A DNA stretch of 64,000 bases from the NCBI GenBank assembly GCA_002269645.1, contig NIVC01001747.1:218416-282415 (forward strand). The letters are read 5' to 3'. Position 1 is the stretch's first letter, and each line of letters opens with the position of its first letter. This document shows, in pieces, positions 1 to 10,930 of this stretch. This DNA is from Macrostomum lignano. Lineage: Eukaryota. The notes below the pieces were generated by a model that saw only the letters and a program-made list of their open reading frames with translations, was not told the DNA's origin and did not search any database. A program made the translations under genes and the position numbers.

Positions 1-189
1 AACACTAAAAAAGAAAAGAAATAAATAGTTAAAGTCTAAACATTTCAATTATCTGCTAAGTAAAGCTATGTCATAAAACAACTTTCTAGATATAGGTATA
101 TTACTTTTTCATTGAAAACTATATTATATGCATGTTCAGGCTAAAGTATAGTGTCTTAGTTATATATTTGGATATAAAATATTATTACA

Positions 190-870
190 ACTAATAAAAT
201 GGATATCTATAATAGCTAAAAATTTGCATATAAAAAAGCTATTGCTCTTATAGCTACAATTATAAGAATATAGTAATTTAAAACTTTCCTTTTAATTTCT
301 ATATAAGCCAGTTTTATATTTTTACTTTTTCAAAAAAAGTAGAAAAAATATTACAAAAGAATACTTTAAAATGATTGCATAAACAGATTAAATATAAGTA
401 ATTATAGATTGTGTTCATACTAATAAGATACAAAATAACTGCATACAATCATATGAGAACTATCTTGCTACAGTTATGATTATGAGTGCAGCTTTAATAT
501 ATAGGCCTATTTTACCAAGTATATTAAATATGTACCTAAAGTAGCTATGAGTATATCTTGATAATAAAGTAAAAGTCTTAATAGGACCCCTATTATTGTG
601 GAGAATTAGAAAAAAAATAGTATAAATCATTTCTAGAGGTCTCTATATAATGTAAGCACTTTGCAGTATATTGTCTAATAATTGTTTAATAATGATCCTA
701 TAGGGCCTATGCTACCTTATTAATATTTGAACTTAGCTTCTGATATATCATGATTTGTTAAACAATATGAATATATAGCAGTAATTTCAGCTAATTAAAG
801 TCAAATTTTAATTGCACAAGATCTTAAATGAACTCCAACACAAATGACTAATTCAATATTAGGCTGGACA
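190..870 (+). mobile_element. Heavily decayed non-LTR (CR1/L2/Jockey-like) reverse transcriptase remnant, intronic
   Basis: Broken motif remnants in the expected order and roughly expected spacing: YKPV (~303, cf. YRPIS), SKKVEKIL (~330-355), YLD..K (~553), *YKSFLE (~618-640, cf. WIKSFL), IGPML (~699, cf. LGPLL), IAQDL (~811, cf. LQxDL). Many stops and frameshifts; no intact YADD. Confidence 0.45.
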
Positions 871-912
871 ATAATCTGGTAATTATATTTAATAATATTC
901 AACTATTAACAG

Positions 913-3655
913 GATGCATTTGTTGCTCTGCACAATGACAAGGCACTGGTTGAGAAGTACATGAAGCCACTTGAGTGTGGAGTTGTTGTGGACTATGAAG
1001 ATAACTTAGTAAGTACAATTCTTTGTTATAAAAAATAAACTCCATAAAGAATTTGGCTTGTAATCATCATTAAAAACATTATAAAATTTTAAGTCACCAG
1101 TTCAGAGAGATTTCCGCGAGCTTCGCAAAGTAGCCGAGACGTCTGGCTGGTTTGCCACAAAGCCTTTCTTCTTCAAGTATCTGGTTCAATGCTGGCTATT
1201 TGAGCTGGCTGCCGTGTTTATCCTGTGGCACTGGGCGTCAATCTGTTGACCTTTGTTGCTGCCGCCTGCTGTTGTGCACCGCTCAAGCCAGGTATGATCA
1301 TCGCGGAAGTTTTGACCGATTGTAGGGTTGGATTGTAGATCAGTTTTAGGGAAAATACTAAAAGGTGAGAGGGTAGGAGAGGTAAGAGGAAGTGAGAGGA
1401 GGGGAGAGAAGAGAGGTGAGAGGAGGGAGGTGGGAGGAGAGGGGAGGAGAGAGGAGAGGAGGGAGAGAGAGGAGAGGTGGGAAGAGGAGAGAGGTGAAAG
1501 GGGAGGAGAGGAGAGGGAAAGAGAGGTGAAAGGGGAGGAGAGGTGAGAGGGAAAGAGAGGTGAGAGGAGGGGAGAGATGAGAGGTGAGAGGAGGGGAGAG
1601 ATGAGAGGTGGGAGGAGGGGAAAGGTGAGAGGAGAGAGAGGAGAGGTGAAAGGGAGGAGAGAGGAAGTCTCTTAGTCAATCCTCAAACTCTCAGGCGGGC
1701 TGGGCCCAGCACGACTACGGTCACCTGAGCGTGTTCAACAGTCGCCGACTCAACCACATCGGTCACGAACTGGTTGTTGGCCATCTGAAAGGCGCCAGCT
1801 CGCACTGGTGGAATTTCCGTCACTTTCTGCATCATTCGAAGCCGAATGTAGTTGGAACAGACCCGGACATTGGCGTGCCGTACGTGTTCCTGCTAGGAGA
1901 CAAAATGCCGAAAGAGTGGGGTCAGAAGAAGCGCGGCTTCATGCCCTACAACTGGCAGCACGACTACTTCTGGCTGCTGGGACCCCCGATGCTGCTGCCG
2001 CTGTACTTCCACTTCGAGAACGTGTACTTTACGCTGAAACGACGAAATCTTCGCGACCTGATGTGGACCGTGTCATTTTTTGCCAAGTTTTTCTACGTGT
2101 TCAATCACTTCTTCTCCAGCTGGTGGGGCACCTTTGCCCTGTACATGTTCACCGGTAAGCTGGGTTCTAGGGAAATTTTTATGCACTCTTTACATATAAC
2201 ATCCAAAAGTTAAATATAGAAATCAATATCTGACGCTGAAATAGACTTCAAATCCCAGTGACAAAATCCAGATCCCACTGACGGAATCCAGATCCCAGTG
2301 ATAGACTTCAGATCCCAATGACAGAATCCAGATCCCAGTGATAGAATCCAGATCCCAATGACAGAATCCAGATCCCAATGACAGAATCCAGATCCCAGTG
2401 ACAGAATCCAGATCCCAATGACAGAATCCAGATCCCAGTAATAGACTTCAGATCTTGATGACAGAATCCAGATCCCAGTGATAGACTTCAGATCTTGATG
2501 ACAGAATCCAGATCCCAGTGACAGAATCCAGATCCCAATTACAGAATCCAGATCCCAATGACAGAATCCAGATCCCAGTGACAGAATCCAGATCCCAATG
2601 ACAGAATCCAGATCCCAATGACAGAATCCAGATCCCAGTGATAGACTTCAGATCTTGATGACAGAATCCAGATCCCAGTGATAGACTTCAGATCTTGATG
2701 GCAGAATCCAGATCCCAGTGACAGAATCCAGATCCCAGTGACAGAATCCAGATCCCAATGACAGAATCCAGATCCCAATGACGGAATCCTGATCCCAACG
2801 ACATAATATTGAAGACAATCAAAGTTCCTGCTCACCCACCTGCCCAGCTACCTGGAGTCGCACTGGTTCGTGGCCTGCACCCAGATGAGCCACATCCCCA
2901 TGGACATCGACCGCGATCAGCGTCGCGACTGGTTCTCCATGCAGCTGAAAGCCACAATGAACGCTGAGGGCGGCAGTTTCAACGATTGGTTCACCGGGCA
3001 TCTCAACTACCAGATTGAGCACCAGTGAGTTTGGGATTGCATTGTTTAGTTAAGCTTCCTGTAGTCAAAACAATTCCAGTGACTCCAGTGACAATTTCAG
3101 ACAGATTATCTTTCAGTGACAGGCTCTTTAGTGACAGATCATGTTTCAGTGACAGGCTATTTAGTGACAGATCATCTTTCAGTGACAGGCTCTTTAGTGA
3201 CAGATCATCTTTCAGTGACAGGCTATTTAGTGACAGATCATCTTTCAGTGACAGGCTATTTAGTGACAGATCATCTTTTAGTGACACACACTTCAGTGAC
3301 ACACAAACTTCAGTGACGCACAAACTTCAGTGACACTCACACTTCAGTGACACTCACACTTCAGTGACACACTACAGTGATAGACACTTCAATAGCTAAA
3401 CACGCACAAAGCAGTGTATGCATACAACAGTGTAATCATTAGCTTCAATTACCTCACCAACCTGAAACCCGCAGCTTGTTCCCAACGATGCCCCGTCACT
3501 CCTATCCGCTGGTGCAGCCACACGTGAAGCGCATCTGCTCCAAGCACGGCATTCCGTACGTTGAGAAACCGCTTGGCACAGCCTTTGCCGACATTATCAG
3601 ATCCTTGAAGAAGTCCGGAGAGCTGTGGTTCGAAGCCTATTATATGCCGGGATAA
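913..3655 (+). CDS. FADS2: Front-end (cytochrome b5-fused, delta5/delta6-type) fatty acid desaturase, copy 1; 5' exon(s) lie upstream of the window; frameshifted as assembled
   Basis: Exons 913-1008 ([20 protein letters not shown], cyt-b5 C-terminal half), 1094-1291, 1695-2154, 2848-3024, 3475-3655, all with AG/GT boundaries. Three His boxes HDYGH, HFLHH and QIEHH, plus LESHWF..TQMSH and LFPTMPRH, are typical of FADS1/2. Relative to copy 2, exon 2 lacks one TTC and three single bases (in-frame TGA at 1247-1249) and exon 3 lacks one C. The symbol indicates family only; regiospecificity is not determinable. Confidence 0.9.
1350..1670. repeat. GA-rich low-complexity tract in desaturase intron (copy at ~8970-9280)
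   Basis: Irregular GAGAG/GGAG repeats. Confidence 0.9.
2245..2800. repeat. 20-bp minisatellite GACAGAATCCAGATCCCA(A/G)T (copy at ~9855-10410)
   Basis: Tandem units read directly from the sequence. Confidence 0.95.
3075..3385. repeat. CAGTGAC-based intronic minisatellite (~33-bp unit, degrading to shorter units)
   Basis: AGTGACAGATCATCTTTCAGTGACAGGCT(C/A)TTT repeats. Confidence 0.9.
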
Positions 3656-3729
3656 GCGCTTTGCTCTGCTAGCAGTTGTCGTCACGTAACTCCGAGCTTT
3701 TGGTTAATTTTAAATATAGTTACTGTTTC

Positions 3730-4965
3730 CTGAGAATCGCCCCTCTAATCCACTCTCTGAGAATCGCCCCTCTAATCCACTCTCTGAGAATCGCCCCTCT
3801 AATCCACTCTCTGAGAATCGCCCCTCTAATCCACTCTCTGAGAATCGCCCCTCTAATCCACTCTCTGAGAATCGCCCCTCTAATCCACTCTCTGAGAATC
3901 GCCCCTCTAATCCACTCTCTGAGAATCGCCCCTCTAATCCACTCTCTGAGAATCGCCCCTCTAATCCACTCTCTGAGAATCGCCCCTCTAATCCACTCTC
4001 TGAGAATCGCCCCTCTAATCTACTCTCTGAGAATCGCCCCTCTAATCCACTCTCTGAGAATCGCCCCTCTAATCTACTCTCTGAGAATCGCCCCTCTAAT
4101 CCACTCTCTGAGAATCGCCCCTCTAATCTACTCTCTGAGAATTGCCCCTCTAATCTACTCTCTGAGAATCGCCCCTCTAATCCACTCTCTGAGAATCGCC
4201 CCTCTAATCCACTCTCTGAGAATCGCCCCTCTAATCTACTCTCTGAGAATCGCCCCTCTAATCCACTCTCTGAGAATCGCCCCTCTAATCTACTCTCTGA
4301 GAATCGCCCCTCTAATCCACTCTCTGAGAATCGCTCCTCTAATCTACTCTCTGAGAATTGCCCCTCTAATCTACTCTCTGAGAATCGCCCCTCTAATCCA
4401 GTCTCTGAGAATCGCCCCTCTAATCTACTCTCTGAGAATCGCCCCTCTAATCCACTCTCTGAGAATCGCCCCTCTAATCTACTCTCTGAGAATCGCCCCT
4501 CTAATCCACTCTCTGAGAATCGCCCCTCTAATCTACTCTCTGAGAATCGCCCCTCTAATCCACTCTCTGAGAATCGCTCCTCTAATCTACTCTCTGAGAA
4601 TTGCCCCTCTAATCTACTCTCTGAGAATCGCCCCTCTAATCCACTCTCTGAGAATCGCCCCTCTAATCTACTCTCTGAGAATCGCCCCTCTAATCCACTC
4701 TCTGAGAATTGCCCCTCTAATCTACTCTCTGAGAATCGCCCCTCTAATCCACTCTCTGAGAATCGCTCCTCTAATCTACTCTCTGAGAATCGCCCCTCTA
4801 ATCCACTCTCTGAGAATCGCCCCTCTAATCCACTCTCTGAGAATCGCCCCTCTAATCTACTCTCTGAGAATCGCCCCTCTAATAACTGAGAATCGCCCCT
4901 CTATTGTCTTAGAATCCCCCTCTAATTACGTGAGAATCGCCCCTCTAATAACTAAGAATCGCCCC
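3730..4965. repeat. 27-bp minisatellite CTGAGAATCGCCCCTCTAATC(C/T)ACTCT (copy at ~11005-12190, two units shorter)
   Basis: About 42 tandem units just downstream of the desaturase stop; source of the artefactual SLRIAPLIH ORF. Confidence 0.97.
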
Positions 4966-5803
4966 TCTATTATCTCAATAAATTAATAAGAATTCTCAAT
5001 AACCGTATATCCGTTTTTTTGTCGCTTCAATGTTTGACTGACAAACCTTTTTGAGAGAAGCAAAGTTGAAATTGGTCAATAAATCAGTAGCGGCTTTTGT
5101 GTGTTTTGAATGAAATTCCTGAAGCTTTTGTGCCTTTTTTACTTTAACAATAAACTCTACATTGTCAATTAATTGTTATTAATTTATTTAGAAACACTTA
5201 CTAGAGTTATTACTACTTTTCAAGTAGTTACAAAGTCTTTTAACCTACTCAACTATTCACTTTGCTTCGCGAAAGCAGCAGTCCCGTTGCACCCTGTTAA
5301 AGCAGCAAAATGAGCGAAAAATAAATAATCTTCCATCTTCTAGCAGTGCTCTGCGAACCGGAATTGCTTGCCTAGTAGTTGTATTTCACCTAATTGTTTT
5401 TTTTTGACAGAGCAAATAGCATTGATATGTATGTGTGTTCTTTTTATTTCTGCTTTTTAAACGCTGTGTTTTTAAATTTGCTGTTTTATTAGGAGTTTAA
5501 TAATTGCTTACTTCCTTCTTACTTTGCTTTCCTTTTTAGAGTCTAATTTTTTTGCTTGGTGTAGTTCTTGGTTTGATATAGATAGACGTTTACTAGATAA
5601 TAAATTGATTGATTTATCAACGAGTAAGCTTATGGATAGTACAACTGGCCGGTCAGACTCTATACTTTGATTACACTGACAGCTTGATACTTAATTTACC
5701 GACTTATGACATCTTAAGGGAGTTCATTCGAAGTTTGAGCAAAATCAACACAGACTTTTGGCTTTTTGTCGCGTCTTGTTTATTTACTTGTTTATGTTTA
5801 CAA

Positions 5804-6098
5804 GGGGGTTGTAGCCTACCTAGCGGTAAGAGCGTCGGACTCACGGCTTGAAGGTCGGGGGTTCGATTCCCGATCCCACTATAGGAACAATTCGTGTCCT
5901 TGAGCAAGATACTTAACTCTGCATTTCTTCAGTTCACCCAGCTGTAAAATGGGTGCCAGCATTAGCTGGGGTAATTGAGGCTGTGTGGCGACCCCCCAGT
6001 CCTTGGACTGAACAGCCGTACGCAGCCTTCAGATGCGCCGCGCAATAGCTGCGGCTGAGCTGTCGGTTGCACATGTCCCTTTGGGCTGGTGTAATAAT
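5804..6098 (+). mobile_element. tRNA-derived SINE with CORE-like central domain
   Basis: A-box-like TAGCCTACCTAGCGGTAAGAGCG, B box GGTTCGATTCC, CORE-like GTGTCCTTGAGCAAGATACTTAACTC...CAGCTGTAAAATGGG, and a TAAT tail. An independent homologous copy lies at 46237-46540. Confidence 0.85.
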
Positions 6099-6199
6099 TT
6101 TTTAAATTAAACAGTTTTATAAAACTAAAAAAATTAAACCTGTTTCATATTGATACGAGAAATGTAAATTCCTGATGTTCGTAAAGCGATCGAAGACTT

Positions 6200-6715
6200 G
6201 CGTTACGTTGTTGCCCAGTCGCGCAGGGAGATCCGGTGATGCCGGTGTCCGCAGCGCAGTCCCTCTTTCCGGAGAGTCCAGGAGGAGGATGCATGGTGCC
6301 CTTAGGTAGCGGACGAGATTGCAGGATTCTGGGGCCTAAAAACGTCGGAGGTCCGTCCGGGTTCCAGCCGAGTTAGGTGAGCCTGTCCTGTGTAAAGGCG
6401 GGGCATTCACAGATGACGTGCTCTGCATTCTCGACACCGGCGAGAGACAAAATGGACATTCCTCGCTACGGATTTTCCCTGGAGGTGACGATGCCTGGCA
6501 AAACAGCCATGACCCTGATGTCCCTGCGGTTGAGTCCAAGCAGGGCTCTGCGCAGGGCGGAGGAAGGACATGGGCCAGCCGCGTGGGATTGCCGCTTGAC
6601 TGACAGAGTGGAGAGGGTGATCTCCAATCCCCAGATTCGCTTATTGTACAGCTCCATGGCGAAGGAGCTGATGGCGAGAACGTCGTTCTGGAAGATCTAT
6701 CGATCAAGATCTCAA
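6200..6715 (-). mobile_element. 3' fragment of a non-LTR retrotransposon (LOA/I-group-like), degenerate
   Basis: The minus strand encodes W...RQS...[10 protein letters not shown], then CPFC-LAGVENAE-H-VICE-C-PAF (C-x2-C-x8-H-x4-C C-terminal knuckle) after correcting frameshifts. Contains an internal stop and is truncated 5' by the 20-bp minisatellite. Confidence 0.75.
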
Positions 6716-7183
6716 TGATAGAGCCCAGATCCCAATGACAGAATCCAGATCCCAATGACAGAATCCAGATCCCAATGACAGAATCCAGATCCCAATGACA
6801 GAATCCAGATCCCAATGACAGAATCCAGATCCCAGTGACAGAATCCAGATCCCAGTGATAGAATCCAGCTATCCCAATGACAGAATCCAGATCCCAATGA
6901 CAGAATCCAGATCCCAGTGACAGAATCCAGATCCCATTGACAGAATCCAAATCCCAATGACAGAATCCAGATCCCAGTGACAGAATCCAGATCCCAGTGA
7001 TAGAATCCAGCTATCCCAGTGACAGAATCCAGATCCCATTGACAGAATCCAAATCCCAATGACAGAATCCAGATCCCAGTGACAGAATCCAGATCCCAGT
7101 GATAGAATCCAGCTATCCCAATGACAGAATCCAGATCCCAATGACAGAATCCAGATCCCAGTGACAGAATCCAGATCCCATTG
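6716..7183. repeat. 20-bp minisatellite (same family as 2245-2800) at the duplication junction
   Basis: GACAGAATCCAGATCCCA(A/G)T units ending abruptly at TTGTCAAAAT. Confidence 0.95.
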
Positions 7184-7789
7184 TCAAAATAAATATTTAA
7201 TAAATAAACTCAAGATAACAAAAACTCTTACTTTTCTGGCCTCTATTAAATAGATAACCAAATATGACATTATTTAAAAAAATAATTCACTATGAAAAAA
7301 CTATAACATAAGCAAAATAGTTCTTAAGCCTAGGCATAATCATTATTTTTTCACCTTTTACTTAAATAAAAAGCTATATAGGCCCTATATATATTTTTAA
7401 ATTATAAACAAGTAGTATTCTGCATTATTTATATACATATATATAGAACTATTTATTTGCTAATCTAACTGATAGGTAATAGGTTAGCTAAGGTAGGTAT
7501 ATCATAAAACTGATCAACTAAGTTACTAAAAATATATAGGAAATAAGCCTATATTACTAAAAATCAAAGGGATAAAAATGAAGTAAATAGAAATAAAAAA
7601 ACACTAAAAAAGAAAAGAAAATAAATAGTTAAAGTCTAAACATTTCAATTATCTGCTAAGTAAAGCTATGTCATAAAACAACTTTCTAGATATAGGTATA
7701 TTACTTTTTCATTGAAAACTATATTATATGCATGTTCAGGCTAAAGTATAGTGTCTTAGTTATATATTTGGATATAAAATATTATTACA

Positions 7790-8470
7790 ACTAATAAAAT
7801 GGATATCTATAATAGCTAAAAATTTGCATATAAAAAAGCTATTGCTCTTATAGCTACAATTATAAGAATATAGTAATTTAAAACTTTCCTTTTAATTTCT
7901 ATATAAGCCAGTTTTATATTTTTACTTTTTCAAAAAAAGTAGAAAAAATATTACAAAAGAATACTTTAAAATGATTGCATAAACAGATTAAATATAAGTA
8001 ATTATAGATTGTGTTCATACTAATAAGATACAAAATAACTGCATACAATCATATGAGAACTATCTTGCTACAGTTATGATTATGAGTGCAGCTTTAATAT
8101 ATAGGCCTATTTTACCAAGTATATTAAATATGTACCTAAAGTAGCTATGAGTATATCTTGATAATAAAGTAAAAGTCTTAATAGGACCCCTATTATTGTG
8201 GAGAATTAGAAAAAAAAATAGTATAAATCATTTCTAGAGGTCTCTATATAATGTAAGCACTTTGCAGTATATTGTCTAATAATTGTTTAATAATGATCCT
8301 ATAGGGCCTATGCTACCTTATTAATATTTGAACTTAGCTTCTGATATATCATGATTTGTTAAACAATATGAATATATAGCAGTAATTTCAGCTAATTAAA
8401 GTCAAATTTTAATTGCACAAGATCTTAAATGAACTCCAACACAAATGACTAATTCAATATTAGGCTGGAC
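7790..8470 (+). mobile_element. Duplicate of the decayed LINE RT remnant
   Basis: Same sequence as 190-870 within duplication unit 2. Confidence 0.45.
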
Positions 8471-8513
8471 AATAATCTGGTAATTATATTTAATAATATT
8501 CAACTATTAACAG

Positions 8514-10930
8514 GATGCATTTGTTGCTCTGCACAATGACAAGGCACTGGTTGAGAAGTACATGAAGCCACTTGAGTGTGGAGTTGTTGTGGACTATGAA
8601 GATAACTTAGTAAGTACAATTCTTTGTTATAAAAAATAAACTCCATAAAGAATTTTGGCTTGTAATCATCATTAAAAACATTATAAAAATTTAAGTCACC
8701 AGTTCAGAGAGATTTCCGCGAGCTTCGCAAAGTAGCCGAGACGTCTGGCTGGTTTGCCACAAAGCCTTTCTTCTTCTTCAAGTATCTGGTTCAATGCTGG
8801 CTATTTGAGCTGGCTGCCGTGTTTATCCTGTGGCACTGGGGCGTCAATCTGTTGACCTTTGTTGCTGCCGCCCTGCTGTTGTGCACCGCTCAAGCTCAGG
8901 TATGATCATCGCGGAAGTTTTGACCGATTGTAGGGTTGGATTGTAGATCAGTTTTAGGGAAAATACTAAAAGGTGAGAGGGTAGGAGAGGTAAGAGGAAG
9001 TGAGAGGAGGGGAGAGAAGAGAGGTGAGAGGAGGGAGGTGGAGGAGAGAGGGGAGGAGAGAGGAGAGGAGGGAGGAGAGAGGAGAGGTGGGAAGAGGAGA
9101 GAGGTGAAAGGGGAGGAGAGGAGAGGGAAAGAGAGGTGAAAGGGAGGAGAGGTGAGAGGGAAAGAGAGGTGAGAGGAGGGGAGAGATGAGAGGTGAGAGG
9201 AGGGGAGAGATGAGAGGTGGGAGGAGGGGAAAGGTGAGAGGAGAGAGAGGAGAGGTGAAAGGGAGGAGAGAGGAAGTCTCTTAGTCAATCCTCAAACTCT
9301 CAGGCGGGCTGGGCCCAGCACGACTACGGTCACCTGAGCGTGTTCAACAGTCGCCGACTCAACCACATCGGTCACGAACTGGTTGTTGGCCATCTGAAAG
9401 GCGCCAGCTCGCACTGGTGGAATTTCCGTCACTTTCTGCATCATTCGAAGCCGAATGTAGTTGGAACAGACCCGGACATTGGCGTGCCGTACGTGTTCCT
9501 GCTAGGAGACAAAATGCCGAAAGAGTGGGGTCAGAAGAAGCGCGGCTTCATGCCCTACAACTGGCAGCACGACTACTTCTGGCTGCTGGGACCCCCGATG
9601 CTGCTGCCGCTGTACTTCCACTTCGAGAACGTGTACTTTACGCTGAAACGACGAAATCTTCGCGACCTGATGTGGACCGTGTCATTTTTTGCCAAGTTTT
9701 TCTACGTGTTCAATCACTTCTTCTCCAGCTGGTGGGGCACCTTTGCCCTGTACATGTTCACCCGGTAAGCTGGGTTCTAGGGAAATTTTTATGCACTCTT
9801 TACATATAACATCCAAAAGTTAAATATAGAAATCAATATCTGACGCTGAAATAGACTTCAAATCCCAGTGACAAAATCCAGATCCCACTGACGGAATCCA
9901 GATCCCAGTGATAGACTTCAGATCCCAATGACAGAATCCAGATCCCAGTGATAGAATCCAGATCCCAATGACAGAATCCAGATCCCAATGACAGAATCCA
10001 GATCCCAGTGACAGAATCCAGATCCCAATGACAGAATCCAGATCCCAGTAATAGACTTCAGATCTTGATGACAGAATCCAGATCCCAGTGATAGACTTCA
10101 GATCTTGATGACAGAATCCAGATCCCAGTGACAGAATCCAGATCCCAATTACAGAATCCAGATCCCAATGACAGAATCCAGATCCCAGTGACAGAATCCA
10201 GATCCCAATGACAGAATCCAGATCCCAATGACAGAATCCAGATCCCAGTGATAGACTTCAGATCTTGATGACAGAATCCAGATCCCAGTGATAGACTTCA
10301 GATCTTGATGGCAGAATCCAGATCCCAGTGACAGAATCCAGATCCCAGTGACAGAATCCAGATCCCAATGACAGAATCCAGATCCCAATGACGGAATCCT
10401 GATCCCAACGACATAATATTGAAGACAATCAAAGTTCCTGCTCACCCACCTGCCCAGCTACCTGGAGTCGCACTGGTTCGTGGCCTGCACCCAGATGAGC
10501 CACATCCCCATGGACATCGACCGCGATCAGCGTCGCGACTGGTTCTCCATGCAGCTGAAAGCCACAATGAACGCTGAGGGCGGCAGTTTCAACGATTGGT
10601 TCACCGGGCATCTCAACTACCAGATTGAGCACCAGTGAGTTTGGGATTGCATTGTTTAGTTAAGCTTCCTGTAGTCAAAACAATTCCAGTGACTCCAGTG
10701 ACAATTTCAGACAGATTATCTTTCAGTGACAGGCTCTTTAGTGACAGATCATGTTCCCAACGATGCCCCGTCACTCCTATCCGCTGGTGCAGCCACACGT
10801 GAAGCGCATCTGCTCCAAGCACGGCATTCCGTACGTTGAGAAACCGCTTGGCACAGCCTTTGCCGACATTATCAGATCCTTGAAGAAGTCCGGAGAGCTG
10901 TGGTTCGAAGCCTATTATATGCCGGGATAA
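8514..10930 (+). pseudogene. FADS2: Front-end fatty acid desaturase, copy 2 (partial duplicate: no 5' exon within the duplicated unit, last-exon acceptor deleted)
   Basis: Exons 8514-8609, 8696-8899, 9304-9764 and 10458-10634 are in frame (96, 204, 461, 177 nt). A 335-bp deletion joins intron TGTT to exon-5 TGTT at 10752-10755, removing the acceptor and the first exon bases; the remnant ends at TAA 10930. No HPGG-encoding exon was seen in 7186-8513. Confidence 0.85.

Noticed and set aside
1231-1291. Programmed frameshifting or stop read-through in desaturase copy 1
   Set aside because: Copy 2 shows the in-frame sequence; single-base losses in runs are better explained by sequencing error or decay.
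3676-4986. 436-aa (SLRIAPLIH)n ORF and its 398-aa copy at 10951-12147
   Set aside because: Translation of a 27-bp minisatellite that lacks stops in one frame; starts from a non-ATG codon downstream of the desaturase stop, and the copies differ by a frameshift.
5804-5880. tRNA gene
   Set aside because: A and B boxes are present, but I could not fold a complete cloverleaf and the sequence continues into a body shared with 46237-46540; it is a SINE head.
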